64,000 nucleotides of DNA from an uncultured Oscillospiraceae bacterium (GTDB lineage: Bacteria; Bacillota; Clostridia; Peptostreptococcales; Anaerovoracaceae), in contig CAZDQV010000001.1 of the NCBI GenBank assembly GCA_964507795.1, forward strand, positions 578-64,577. Reading direction: 5' to 3'. Shown one piece after another: positions 28,531-38,104 of the stretch. The translations under genes and the position numbers were made by a program. Under the pieces are notes generated by a model. It was given only the letters and a program-made list of their open reading frames with translations. It was not told the origin of the DNA and made no database searches. Within the stretch, counting starts at the first letter, position 1. Each line of letters opens with the position of its first letter.

Positions 28531-28830
28531 GGCAAAATGTTTGCCATTGATCTTCCGGACAATTTCAGATATCCGTACATCTCCAAATCGATGACAGAAT
28601 TCTGGCGCAGGTGGCATATCACACTGGGCTCATGGTTCAGAGATTATGTATATATTCCTCTTGGAGGCAATCGCAGAGGCATAGGCAGGACGTACATCAA
28701 TCTTTTCATAGTATGGATTCTTACTGGATTCTGGCATGGAGCAAGCTGGAACTTCATACTGTGGGGGCTGTTTCTGTTTGCAGTGATTGCAATTGAGAAA
28801 TCAGGACTTCTCAAAATACTTGAATCCAAC
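28531..28830 (+). pseudogene. relic of an MBOAT (AlgI/DltB-like) O-acyltransferase gene, both ends missing
   Basis: Only the central block survives: FRYPYISKSMTEFWRRWHITLGSWFRDYVYIPLGGNRRG ... GFWHGASWNFILWGL. Full-length MBOATs are over 400 aa with this block near the middle. The apparent N-terminus of the 157-aa ORF is promoter plus repeat sequence. Confidence 0.75.
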
Positions 28831-28932
28831 AAAATAAAAGGAAATTTCCAGCTGAATTTAGAGATGATGCGGGATTTTTTGTCTGTTATCTGCTATACTT
28901 AAAACATACATACACTTTACAGGGAGCAGGAT

Positions 28933-29610
28933 ATGTTTAAGATAATGGTAGCAGAGGATGATCCGAATACATCCAAACTCATGAAGGCAATTATAACAAG
29001 GGGCGGATATGAGGTGGTATGTGCCTTTGACGGCGTTAAAGCGCTGGAAATTATGGATAGAGAGCACATAGATCTGATTGTTCTGGATGTTATGATGCCC
29101 AATATGGACGGATATGAATTTACAGACACTTTGCGAAGCTGCGGGGATAATACTCCGATATTGATGGTCACAGCCAAAGAGCTTCCCGAAGACAAGTGCA
29201 GAGGATTCATTGCAGGAACAGATGACTATATGACCAAGCCGGTTAATGAAGAGGAATTGCTCCTCAGAATCAAAGCATTGCTCAGGCGTGCACGTATAGC
29301 AAACGAAAGAAAGCTTTATATAGGAGATGTTGTTCTTGATTATGATTCTTTAAGCGTCACCAAAAACGGAATTTCTCAAAGCCTGCCCCAAAAGGAATTT
29401 TATCTGCTTTACAAGCTCCTGTCATACCCGGGCAAAATATTCACCAGAATACAGCTTATGGACGAGATTTGGGGCATGGATTCTCAGTCAGCGGATACTA
29501 CTGTAAATGTACATATAAACAGGCTTCGCAAACGTTTTGAGGATTTTGATGAATTTGAAATCGTCGCAATCAGAGGCATAGGATACAAGGCGGTGAAAAC
29601 CTGTGAATAG
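28933..29610 (+). CDS. OmpR-family response regulator
   Basis: REC motifs (VAEDDPN, VLDVMMPNMDG, MVTAK, DDYMTKP) plus a winged helix (LPQKEFYLLYKLL ... VAIRGIGYK). Confidence 0.92.
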   Translation: MFKIMVAEDDPNTSKLMKAIITRGGYEVVCAFDGVKALEIMDREHIDLIVLDVMMPNMDGYEFTDTLRSCGDNTPILMVTAKELPEDKCRGFIAGTDDYMTKPVNEEELLLRIKALLRRARIANERKLYIGDVVLDYDSLSVTKNGISQSLPQKEFYLLYKLLSYPGKIFTRIQLMDEIWGMDSQSADTTVNVHINRLRKRFEDFDEFEIVAIRGIGYKAVKTCE

Positions 29611-30646
29611 ATTAAAAGAAGCATTCCAGAAAAACCAGTTGCCTATCGCATATACAGGAGTAACCATTGGTGTGATGGTCATATCGTTTGCCATCATGTT
29701 TACAGGCAGATTCTTTCTAAGAAGCATAGGCTTTGTAGAGGCTATCCCTAAGATATGGCAGTTTATATCCCTTGCATTTCTTGCAGTAGTCATAGGAGCT
29801 GTAGTGGCGGCTTCATTCAGCAGGATTCCGCTAAAGCCTCTGCGCAAGATAGCGGAGGCTGCAGACAGGCTGGCTGCAGGTGATTTTTCAACAAGGATAA
29901 ATCTCAAAATGGGAGGAGAGCTTCAGGAACTCAATACCAGTTTCAACAACATGGCAAATGAACTGGAACAAAGTCAGATGCTTCGCTCTGATTTCATAAA
30001 CAACTTTTCTCATGAATTCAAGACGCCGATTACTTCCATACGCGGTTTTGCAAAAATGATGAGAGAGCATGAGCTGACCAGAGAAGAAACAGAGGAATAT
30101 CTTGATATAATTATTGCAGAGTCAGACAGACTAATTGATCTTTCGGCCAATGTGCTCAATCTCTCAAAGATTGAAAGCACAACGCTACTTACCAACAGCG
30201 GGAGATTCAATCTCAGTGAGCAAATGAGAAGGGTAATAGTGCTTCTCGAAAACAGATGGGAAGAAAAAAATATCTTTGTTAATTTGGATTGCAGCGAAAT
30301 ATACATAAAAGGCAATGAAGAGATGCTCAGACAGGTATGGATAAACCTTATAGACAACGCAATCAAGTTTGCAAACAGAGACAGCAAAATAAATATCAGT
30401 ATATTGCAAAGTGCAGGATACACGACAGTTACAATTGCAGACAGAGGAGAGATAATTGCACCTGAAATCCTTGGCAGGATTTTTGATAAATTCTATCAGG
30501 GAGACACATCCCACGGCACGAAGGGAAACGGTCTGGGACTTGCAGTGGCAGCCAAAATAGTCAGCCTTCACAAAGGAAGTATAAGCGTTGTCAGATCAGA
30601 TGAGGAAGAGACATCTTTTGAAGTGAAGTTAAGTAATAATGCTTGA
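29603..30646 (+). CDS. HAMP-domain sensor histidine kinase
   Basis: Two TM segments, HAMP (PLRKIAEAADRLAAGDF), H-box FSHEFKTPIT, N-box DNAIKF and GNGLGLA. The GTG start overlaps the regulator gene by 8 nt. Confidence 0.9.
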   Translation: MNRLKEAFQKNQLPIAYTGVTIGVMVISFAIMFTGRFFLRSIGFVEAIPKIWQFISLAFLAVVIGAVVAASFSRIPLKPLRKIAEAADRLAAGDFSTRINLKMGGELQELNTSFNNMANELEQSQMLRSDFINNFSHEFKTPITSIRGFAKMMREHELTREETEEYLDIIIAESDRLIDLSANVLNLSKIESTTLLTNSGRFNLSEQMRRVIVLLENRWEEKNIFVNLDCSEIYIKGNEEMLRQVWINLIDNAIKFANRDSKINISILQSAGYTTVTIADRGEIIAPEILGRIFDKFYQGDTSHGTKGNGLGLAVAAKIVSLHKGSISVVRSDEEETSFEVKLSNNA

Positions 30647-30664
30647 CCTGATATTGACGGATAT

Positions 30665-30693
30665 TTGCCAAACCCACACAGGTGTGGTATAGT
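30665..30693 (+). promoter_or_regulatory. promoter of the ecf operon (TTGCCA-17-TATAGT with TGTG -16 element)
   Basis: TTGCCA at 30665-70 and TATAGT at 30688-93. The spacer contains the palindrome CCACAC-AG-GTGTGG. Confidence 0.55.
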
Positions 30694-30725
30694 TAACTGG
30701 TTAAACGTAATTTGGTGGGAGATTC

Positions 30726-31565
30726 ATGGAAAATATAATCAGCACTCAAAATTTAATATTTCAATATCCTGCCGCTGAAGATGTCAAGGCAGAGCCTGCG
30801 GTCAGGGGTATAACCATAGAAATCAAGAAGGGCAGTTTCACAGCAATAATAGGCAAAAATGGTTCGGGCAAATCAACTGTTGCCAAGACATTCAACGCAT
30901 TGCTTATCCCAACGTCGGGAGCTGTATATGTCAACGGTTATGATACAAAAGATGCAGACAGACTCTGGGAAATAAGGCAGTCAGCCGGAATGGTATTTCA
31001 AAATCCCGACAATCAGCTTGTTTCATCAATAGTAGAAGATGATGTCGCCTTTGGTCCCGAAAACATCGGCATCAGATCCGAGGACATCAGAGGCATTGTA
31101 GATGAAGCACTGTTTTCTGTGGATATGTATGATTTTCGCAAAAAAGCGCCACATATGCTTTCGGGCGGACAAAAACAGAGAATAGCCATAGCGGGAGTAA
31201 TAGCGATGAAGCCTGAATGCATCATATTTGATGAGCCTACAGCCATGCTTGACCCCAAGGGACGCAGTGAGGTTATGGATATCATAAAGAAGCTTCACAG
31301 CGAAGGTATCACAGTGATTCTCATAACTCATTTTATGGAGGAAGCTGCAGATGCAGACCGTATTATCATTATGAACAGAGGCAGTATTGCAGCTGACGGG
31401 GCGCCACAGGAAGTGTTTTCGGATAGAGAAACCATAGAGAATGCAGGTCTCAGAGTGCCTATGGCATCAGACATTGCAAATGCACTCAGAGAAAGAGGCT
31501 TAGATATACCCCAGGGAATTATAGATACAGAGGAGTTAGTAAAAGCAATATGTCAATTAAAGTAG
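30726..31565 (+). CDS. ecfA1: energy-coupling factor transporter ATPase EcfA1
   Basis: Walker A GKNGSGKST, signature LSGGQKQR and Walker B IIFDEPT. Confidence 0.9.
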   Translation: MENIISTQNLIFQYPAAEDVKAEPAVRGITIEIKKGSFTAIIGKNGSGKSTVAKTFNALLIPTSGAVYVNGYDTKDADRLWEIRQSAGMVFQNPDNQLVSSIVEDDVAFGPENIGIRSEDIRGIVDEALFSVDMYDFRKKAPHMLSGGQKQRIAIAGVIAMKPECIIFDEPTAMLDPKGRSEVMDIIKKLHSEGITVILITHFMEEAADADRIIIMNRGSIAADGAPQEVFSDRETIENAGLRVPMASDIANALRERGLDIPQGIIDTEELVKAICQLK

Positions 31566-32413
31566 AAAACCTGACACATATATATAATGAAGGTCTGCCG
31601 CATGAATCTGTTGCAGTACAGGATGTCAGCTTTTCTGTCGGCGATGGGCAGATAGCCGGTATTATAGGTCATACAGGTTCGGGCAAATCAACAATGGTGC
31701 AGCATCTGAACGGCCTTGTCAAACCAAAGTCAGGCAATATATATATAGATGAAGTAAATATATGTGACGGCAAAACTGTAATGCGCGAGATACGCCAAAA
31801 AGTGGGACTGGTATTTCAATATCCGGAATACCAGCTTTTTGAGGAAACTGTATTCAGAGACGTTGCCTTCGGACCCAAAAACATAGGACTTGCAGATGAG
31901 GAACTTGAGGCAAGGGTCAGAGAAGCCATAGAACTTGTGGGACTTGACTATGAGCAGATTAAGGACAAATCTCCTTTCGATCTTTCGGGGGGACAAAAAA
32001 GAAGAGTAGCCATAGCGGGCGTAATAGCAATGAAGCCCAAAGTCCTTATACTTGACGAGCCGACAGCGGGTCTTGATCCGAAAGCGCACAGGGATGTGCT
32101 TGACATGATAATCCGTGTTCACAGACACGAAAACAATATTACAATAATGGTCTCGCACAATATGGAGGATATTGCCTCAATGTGTGACAAAGTCATAGTG
32201 ATGGATAAAGCTCATGTCGTAATGGAAGGCACTCCAGCGGAGGTATTCGCAAGAAGACAGGAATTAAAACAGATAGGGCTTGCTGCTCCACCTGTTACAG
32301 AACTCATAGACATGCTTAATGACAGAGGATTTGACCTTGACCGCAATATCCTTACAAGAGACAGAGCAGTTGAAGAAATATACAGAGCAATCAGAGGAAA
32401 CGTAAATGCTTAG
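31550..32413 (+). CDS. ecfA2: energy-coupling factor transporter ATPase EcfA2
   Basis: Walker A GHTGSGKST, signature LSGGQKRR and Walker B LILDEPT. Overlaps ecfA1. Confidence 0.9.
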   Translation: MSIKVENLTHIYNEGLPHESVAVQDVSFSVGDGQIAGIIGHTGSGKSTMVQHLNGLVKPKSGNIYIDEVNICDGKTVMREIRQKVGLVFQYPEYQLFEETVFRDVAFGPKNIGLADEELEARVREAIELVGLDYEQIKDKSPFDLSGGQKRRVAIAGVIAMKPKVLILDEPTAGLDPKAHRDVLDMIIRVHRHENNITIMVSHNMEDIASMCDKVIVMDKAHVVMEGTPAEVFARRQELKQIGLAAPPVTELIDMLNDRGFDLDRNILTRDRAVEEIYRAIRGNVNA

Positions 32414-33206
32414 AGATATAACACTGGGACAGTATTATCCAGGCAGTTCATGGGTGCACAGTCTTGATGCACGTATCAAAATAACAGCAACCATTGTTTA
32501 TATAGTAGCGCTGTTCATAGTCGATAATTTTTACGGCTTCATAATATCCGCAGCAGCACTCGGTGTTGTGATAGCGGTGTCAAAGGTACCGCTGAGATTC
32601 ATATTAAGAGGCCTCAAACCCGTATTCATCATAATCATATTCACATTTATACTGAATCTGTTTATGGTCAAGGGTGATGTCGTATGGAGTCTCGGATTTT
32701 TACATATCACAAAACAGGGAATCCGGACTGCCGTATTTCTTGGAATCAGACTTGTACTTCTCATAATAGGATCATCAATGCTTACGCTTACCACCAAGCC
32801 GATAAGCCTGACTGACGGTATTGAGAAGCTGCTTGCTCCCATGAAAAAAATCGGAGTGCCGGCGCATGAACTTGCAATGATGATGACCATAGCACTCAGA
32901 TTCATACCGACACTGCTTGAAGAGACAGACAAAATAATGAAAGCGCAGCAGGCAAGGGGCGCTGACTTTGAAAGCGGCAATATAATACGCAGAGCCAAAA
33001 GCCTGATACCTATACTTGTCCCTCTGTTCATAAGTGCTTTCAGGATAGCCTCAGAACTTGCCATGGCAATGGAGGCAAGATGTTACAGGGGCGATGAAGG
33101 AAGGACAAGGATGAATGAAATGAGATTTGCAGGAAGAGATGCGGTGGCGGGATTGCTGCTGGCATTGTTTCTTGCAGCAACAATAGTAGAGGCGGTAATT
33201 CTTTAA
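32406..33206 (+). CDS. ecfT: energy-coupling factor transporter transmembrane subunit EcfT
   Basis: 266 aa, multi-TM, with coupling-helix region IMKAQQARGADFESG. Overlaps ecfA2. Confidence 0.88.
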   Translation: MLRDITLGQYYPGSSWVHSLDARIKITATIVYIVALFIVDNFYGFIISAAALGVVIAVSKVPLRFILRGLKPVFIIIIFTFILNLFMVKGDVVWSLGFLHITKQGIRTAVFLGIRLVLLIIGSSMLTLTTKPISLTDGIEKLLAPMKKIGVPAHELAMMMTIALRFIPTLLEETDKIMKAQQARGADFESGNIIRRAKSLIPILVPLFISAFRIASELAMAMEARCYRGDEGRTRMNEMRFAGRDAVAGLLLALFLAATIVEAVIL

Positions 33207-33862
33207 TGAGGCAGCGAAACATTAAAAACCTTGAAGAAAAAATAAATGAGGTAAAAGAATATCTGGTTGAAAACCCGGATGAAATGAAAGGCAAGTGGAG
33301 GAATCTGTTTGCAGATAACGGAGGCAAACTGGCACTTGAGATAGGATGCGGCAAAGGGCAGTTCATAATATCTCATGCAAAAGCAAATCCGGGCAATATG
33401 TATCTTGCAATAGAAGGACAGCGCAATGTATTGCTCAGAGGACTTCAAAAGGCCAAGGCGGAGCAGCTCAAAAATGTTTTTTTCTTTGCAAAGTATATAG
33501 ATGATGCAAATGAATTATTTGAACAGGGAGAAATCGATAGAATTTATCTTAATTTCAGTGATCCGTGGCCAAAGGAAAGACACGCCAGAAGAAGGCTCAC
33601 CCACAGAGACAGGCTCAAAACATATTTTGATGTTCTCAAAGAGGGAGGCGTGATAGAGTTCAAAACTGACAACGACACGCTGTTTGAATTTTCGATGGGA
33701 GAAATCAGAGAGTCAGGCTATGAAATACTTGAATATACAAAGGATCTGCATAATTCGGAGTATGAGTCAAAATATATGACTACAGAATATGAAGACAGGT
33801 TCAGTTCACGCGGCAAAAATATAAATTATGTTAAATTCAAAAGAAATACTGCTTCGGAGTAA
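33206..33862 (+). CDS. trmB: tRNA (guanine46-N7)-methyltransferase
   Basis: SAM motif LEIGCGKGQF and NFSDPWPKERHARRRL. Confidence 0.9.
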   Translation: MRQRNIKNLEEKINEVKEYLVENPDEMKGKWRNLFADNGGKLALEIGCGKGQFIISHAKANPGNMYLAIEGQRNVLLRGLQKAKAEQLKNVFFFAKYIDDANELFEQGEIDRIYLNFSDPWPKERHARRRLTHRDRLKTYFDVLKEGGVIEFKTDNDTLFEFSMGEIRESGYEILEYTKDLHNSEYESKYMTTEYEDRFSSRGKNINYVKFKRNTASE

Positions 33863-33878
33863 TACCGGAGCAGTTTTA
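33849..33878 (+). terminator. trmB intrinsic terminator
   Basis: CTGCTTCGG-agtaata-CCGGAGCAG followed by TTTTATA. Overlaps the stop codon. Confidence 0.65.
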
Positions 33879-33890
33879 TAATTATGAGCT

Positions 33891-33933
33891 GAAGCAAAAT
33901 AAAACCCTTGGGGATATTACAATCTCAAGGGTT
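33891..33933 (-). terminator. terminator of tRNA-Lys
   Basis: On the minus strand: AACCCTTG ... CAAGGGTT followed by TTTATTTTGC, immediately 3' of the tRNA. Confidence 0.65.
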
Positions 33934-33938
33934 TGTGC

Positions 33939-34014
33939 TGGTACACCATCACGGGCTCGAACCGTGGACACCCTGATTAAGAGTCAGGTGCTCTACCAAC
34001 TGAGCTAATGGTGC
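33939..34014 (-). tRNA. tRNA-Lys (anticodon CUU), CCA encoded
   Basis: The reverse complement reads GCACCAT-TAGCTCAGTTGGTAGAGC-ACCTGA-CTCTTAA-TCAGG-GTGTC-CACGG-TTCGAGC-CCGTG-ATGGTGT-ACCA. It forms a full cloverleaf with TTCGA in the T-loop and CTT in the anticodon loop. Confidence 0.93.
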
Positions 34015-34046
34015 ATAAACTATATGTCGTGTACCGAACAATTAAG

Positions 34047-34075
34047 AGTGTAACAAAATCGGGGTTATTTGTCAA
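34047..34075 (-). promoter_or_regulatory. promoter of tRNA-Lys (TTGACA-17-TACACT)
   Basis: On the minus strand: TTGACA (34075-70), a 17-nt spacer, then TACACT (34052-47). Confidence 0.55.
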
Positions 34076-34329
34076 CAAAAACTTTTTAAAAACCCGCGTT
34101 TTTTTGTGACGCATTGCTTTGCAAAATCATAGAGCAATGTGAAACTCTTTTCATTTCGCCGTTTTGTACTTTCTTGTTTTATGTATACATTAAGTTTGCG
34201 AAATGTATACAGTATTAATTCCAAATCGGCTTGTAAATGCCACCCCCTTGTGTTAGTATTTTAGCGATATTTTAGTACAGCAAACATGTACTGATGTCGA
34301 TAAATATATAGTTAAAGGAGATGGAACAG

Positions 34330-35493
34330 ATGTTACTTGAAACATTACAGGATTTCGTGCAAAGCATGGGAATAACAAACCTTGGCTACCAGAACGCAAT
34401 TATGATTGTTGTGTCGTTCATTTTTCTATATCTTGCAATCAGACATGGATTTGAACCATTATTGCTTATACCAATAGCATTCGGTATGCTTTTATCAAAT
34501 CTGCCGCTTGCTGATGTATTTATTCATGATTATACGATTGAGGCCGGAACCAAAATGATAGACTCTTTGTCTAACGCCGGGATATTGACGGTCTTTTACA
34601 CTTTGAAACCGGTGCTGCCGTCGCTCATATTCCTTGGAGTCGGTGCCATGACAGACTTCGGACCGCTTATTGCAAACCCGAAATCACTCCTGATGGGTGC
34701 AGCAGCTCAGTTTGGAATATTCATAGCATTTTACCTTGCTATCATCCTGGGCTTCAACGCACAGGAGGCGGCGTCAATAGGTATTATAGGCGGTGCTGAC
34801 GGCCCTACAGCCATTTATCTTACAAGCAAGCTTGCTCCGCATCTGCTTGGTGCCATTGCGGTTGCAGCATATTCATACATGGCACTTGTGCCTGTAATAC
34901 AGCCACCTATTATGAAACTTTGCACCACACCAAAAGAAAGAGTTATAAGGATGGAACAGCTGAGACCTGTAACACAGAGAGAAAAAATCCTGTTTCCTAT
35001 CGTTGTAACAGTGCTGTGTGTATTACTGCTTCCGGCAGCTGCACCTCTTATCGGCTGCTTGATGCTTGGAAATCTTTTTAAAGAAAGTGGTGCTACAGAC
35101 AGACTTTCTGATACCGCTCAGAATGCAATGATGAACATGGTAACCATCATGCTTGGTCTTGCGGTTGGAGCTTCGGCAACAGGTGAAACATTCATCACAT
35201 CAGAGACACTTAAAATAGTTGTTCTCGGTGTTATAGCATTTGCATTCGGTACATTGGGCGGCGTCCTCATAGCAAAGCTGATGAACGTGCTTACAGGAGG
35301 CAAAATCAACCCGCTTATCGGATCTGCAGGTGTGTCCGCAGTACCGATGGCAGCAAGAGTATCCCAAAAGGTAGGCAGCAGCTACGATCCGGGCAATTTC
35401 CTGCTGATGCATGCGATGGGACCGAATGTCGCAGGAGTTATAGGCTCTGCCGTAGCAGCAGCAGTGATGCTTTCAATGTTTGGCGGATACTAA
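34330..35493 (+). CDS. sodium-ion-translocating decarboxylase, beta subunit (OadB/GcdB/MmdB family)
   Basis: About 390 aa, multi-TM, with family-typical blocks [22 protein letters not shown] and [18 protein letters not shown] 34330 lies 9 nt after AAAGGAG; ATG 34321 abuts the RBS. Confidence 0.8.
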   Translation: MLLETLQDFVQSMGITNLGYQNAIMIVVSFIFLYLAIRHGFEPLLLIPIAFGMLLSNLPLADVFIHDYTIEAGTKMIDSLSNAGILTVFYTLKPVLPSLIFLGVGAMTDFGPLIANPKSLLMGAAAQFGIFIAFYLAIILGFNAQEAASIGIIGGADGPTAIYLTSKLAPHLLGAIAVAAYSYMALVPVIQPPIMKLCTTPKERVIRMEQLRPVTQREKILFPIVVTVLCVLLLPAAAPLIGCLMLGNLFKESGATDRLSDTAQNAMMNMVTIMLGLAVGASATGETFITSETLKIVVLGVIAFAFGTLGGVLIAKLMNVLTGGKINPLIGSAGVSAVPMAARVSQKVGSSYDPGNFLLMHAMGPNVAGVIGSAVAAAVMLSMFGGY

Positions 35494-35523
35494 ATTCGAA
35501 CCATATTTCAAATCATTTTTATA

Positions 35524-35557
35524 CCCCTTAGGGTCTTGCTTCGGCGGGGCCCTTTTC
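35524..35557 (+). terminator. candidate terminator after the decarboxylase beta-subunit gene
   Basis: AGGGTC ... GGCCCT stem (with a G-U pair) followed by TTTTCC. Confidence 0.4.
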
Positions 35558-35645
35558 CATACTCTGAAATAATTAATATATACATGGAGATTTTAGCATG
35601 ATACAATATGACTGATGCAAAAATAATGTTCAGAAAGGGTTTGTT

Positions 35646-37304
35646 ATGGAAATAAAAATAAAGAAAAAACTCAGAGAGGAGTTTGACATAATTGAGATAG
35701 ATAAAGGCATATCCATTGAGAAACTGGTGAAAAAATATGCTGATGAGCTGCCATTCACTGTGGTTGCAGCCAAAAAAGACAATAGGCTTGTAGAGCTTAC
35801 AGAAACAATTGACACTCCCTGCAGTGTGGAATTGCTGGATATACGTACACAGGCTGCAAATCTGATTTATCAGTACAGCCTCTCCCTTATATATCTCAAA
35901 TCAGTAAAGGATATTTTGGGGGATGTGAATGTTGATATACAAAATTCACTCAGTAAAGGTCTTTATACAACAATAGGATATGATACGGAACTGACAGATG
36001 AGCAGATTGGTGCAGTCGAGGCGAGAATGAGAGAAGTTGTGGAAGCGGATATGCCTTTTGTTAAGGAAGAGATTTCGGTAAGCGAAGCGGAAAAAAGATT
36101 TATAGATCTTAATCAGCCTGAAAAACTTGCACTTCTTCATAAAAAAGCAGATAAGGTAAGGTTCTATTCTCTTGCGGGATACAGTAATTTCTTTTATGGG
36201 CTGATGGTACCTTCAACAGGGTATGTCAGATATTTTGAATTGAAAAAATACAGAGAAGGTGTTATAGTCAGATTTCCGCACCCTTCGATGCCGGATGTGA
36301 TTCCTGAGTACAAAGAAGAAGCCAAGATGTATGATGCCTTCGGGGAGGCTACGATAAGAGGGCGTATCATGGGTGTTTCCTTTGTTTCTGACCTTAATCA
36401 AAAGGTTGAAACAGGTGAATACAAAGAACTTATTCAGCTTTCGGAAGCATTGCATGAGAAAAAAATCGCTGAAATAGCTGATATGATTACAGAAAGCGGT
36501 AAAAGAATCATTCTGATAGCAGGGCCGTCATCATCTGGTAAAACCACTTTTGCAAGGAGACTTTGCATACAGCTCAAAGTAAACGGCCTTAATCCTTTGT
36601 ATCTTGGAACAGACGACTATTTTGTAGAAAGAACCCATACACCTGTTGATGAATATGGTGAGCCTGATTATGAAAATCTGGGTGCTGTGGATATAGGGTT
36701 GTTTAACAGTAATATGAATGATCTGCTTGCAGGCAAAGAAGTTGATTTGCCAGAGTTTGATTTTATGAAAGGCGAGAAAATATTCGGCAGAAGGATTACT
36801 AAGATAAACCAGACACAGCCGATAGTAATCGAAGGAATTCATGCATTAAATGATGATCTGACTCCGTATATAGACGATGAGGAAAAATTCAAGATTTATA
36901 TAAGCCCGTTTACACAGCTTAATATTGACAGACACAACAGAATACCGACCACAGATGCAAGGATGCTCAGAAGACTTGTCAGAGATTATCAGTACAGAGG
37001 GCACAGCGCACAGGCAACCATCAGTTCATGGCCGAAAGTCAGAACCGGTGAAGATAAAAACATATTTCCATACAATGATCAGGCTGATGTGCTCTTTAAT
37101 TCAGTTCACATATATGAGCTTGCTGTGCTCAAGAAATATGCAGAGCCCCTGCTTAAACAAATCAGAGAAGATGAACCGGAGTATTGTGAAGCTGTAAGAA
37201 TGCTTAAATTTTTGAGGTTTTTCAGAACCATTGAAGATGACTCGATTATAGTCAACAATTCTATAATCAGAGAGTTTATAGGGGGGAGTATTTTGGTAGA
37301 ATAA
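35646..37304 (+). CDS. nucleoside (uridine/cytidine-type) kinase with N-terminal TGS-like domain
   Basis: P-loop GPSSSGKTTFARRL in the C-terminal half and a PRK/uridine-kinase-like tail (RDYQYRGHSA). About 250-aa N-terminal extension. Confidence 0.7.
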   Translation: MEIKIKKKLREEFDIIEIDKGISIEKLVKKYADELPFTVVAAKKDNRLVELTETIDTPCSVELLDIRTQAANLIYQYSLSLIYLKSVKDILGDVNVDIQNSLSKGLYTTIGYDTELTDEQIGAVEARMREVVEADMPFVKEEISVSEAEKRFIDLNQPEKLALLHKKADKVRFYSLAGYSNFFYGLMVPSTGYVRYFELKKYREGVIVRFPHPSMPDVIPEYKEEAKMYDAFGEATIRGRIMGVSFVSDLNQKVETGEYKELIQLSEALHEKKIAEIADMITESGKRIILIAGPSSSGKTTFARRLCIQLKVNGLNPLYLGTDDYFVERTHTPVDEYGEPDYENLGAVDIGLFNSNMNDLLAGKEVDLPEFDFMKGEKIFGRRITKINQTQPIVIEGIHALNDDLTPYIDDEEKFKIYISPFTQLNIDRHNRIPTTDARMLRRLVRDYQYRGHSAQATISSWPKVRTGEDKNIFPYNDQADVLFNSVHIYELAVLKKYAEPLLKQIREDEPEYCEAVRMLKFLRFFRTIEDDSIIVNNSIIREFIGGSILVE

Positions 37305-37354
37305 GAAAACTGTTAGTTGCTGTGATTTTTTTACGGCAACTAACAGTTTTTTTC
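37305..37354. terminator. bidirectional intrinsic terminator (15-16 bp perfect stem)
   Basis: GAAAACTGTTAGTTGC ... GCAACTAACAGTTTTT followed by TTTC. A-rich on the other side. Lies between convergent genes. Confidence 0.8.
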
Positions 37355-37390
37355 TTGCAAATGAGAATTATCGAATTGTAAGAAAAGGCA

Positions 37391-38104
37391 TTATTCTCCT
37401 GTCAGATATCTTGCAAATGCCAGCTGGCTTTCAGCCCTGTGGCTCCTGCTTATAGTTATATTCTGTCCGTCACGCATGATAAAACAACCACTTTCCAGTG
37501 ACTTTACTTTGGACAGATTAATCAGGATGCTGTTGTGGCAATGGTGAAAAGTTTCAGGAACCATAGCTTTGACATCCTCAAGTTTGCCATAAAATGAGCA
37601 GAGGAGTTTGCCTTCACATCCGATAACATTTATTTTTCTTCTGTCACGCTCGAAGGTGAAAATGTCTGTATAAGGTATGATATATTTACCTGTTTTGTTT
37701 TCGGCAACAAAAAAACTTTCAGATGCACAGTCAAGCTTATTGATCGCCTTGGACATGGCTTTTTTGAGAGTTCCATTGCTTATAGGCTTGTTCATGAAAT
37801 ATATGTGGTTTACATCATATACTGCTTCGTAGTAATCAGTATATCCTGACATGAATATAATCTGGCTGTCAGGACGCAGGTCGAGTATTTTGTCGGCAAG
37901 GCTGATGCCATTGCAGTTGCCAAGGTCAATATCCATAATAAAGATGCTTGCATCAAAGGCGCTGTCGTCGAGATCTTCAAGCATTGATTTGCCATCTGAA
38001 AAGGCAAAAATTTTGCCAATATCCTGCAAATCCATATCTTTAAGCATGTTTTTCACATATGTTATGCTTTCGGGTTGATCATCACAAATTGCTATGTTCC
38101 ACAT
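37391..38104 (-). CDS. LytTR-family response regulator
   Basis: REC motifs (IAICDDQ, IFIMDIDLGNCNG, FMSGY, YFMNKP) plus a LytTR DNA-binding domain (FERDRRKINVI ... HNSILINLSKV). Confidence 0.9.
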   Translation of the reverse strand: MWNIAICDDQPESITYVKNMLKDMDLQDIGKIFAFSDGKSMLEDLDDSAFDASIFIMDIDLGNCNGISLADKILDLRPDSQIIFMSGYTDYYEAVYDVNHIYFMNKPISNGTLKKAMSKAINKLDCASESFFVAENKTGKYIIPYTDIFTFERDRRKINVIGCEGKLLCSFYGKLEDVKAMVPETFHHCHNSILINLSKVKSLESGCFIMRDGQNITISRSHRAESQLAFARYLTGE

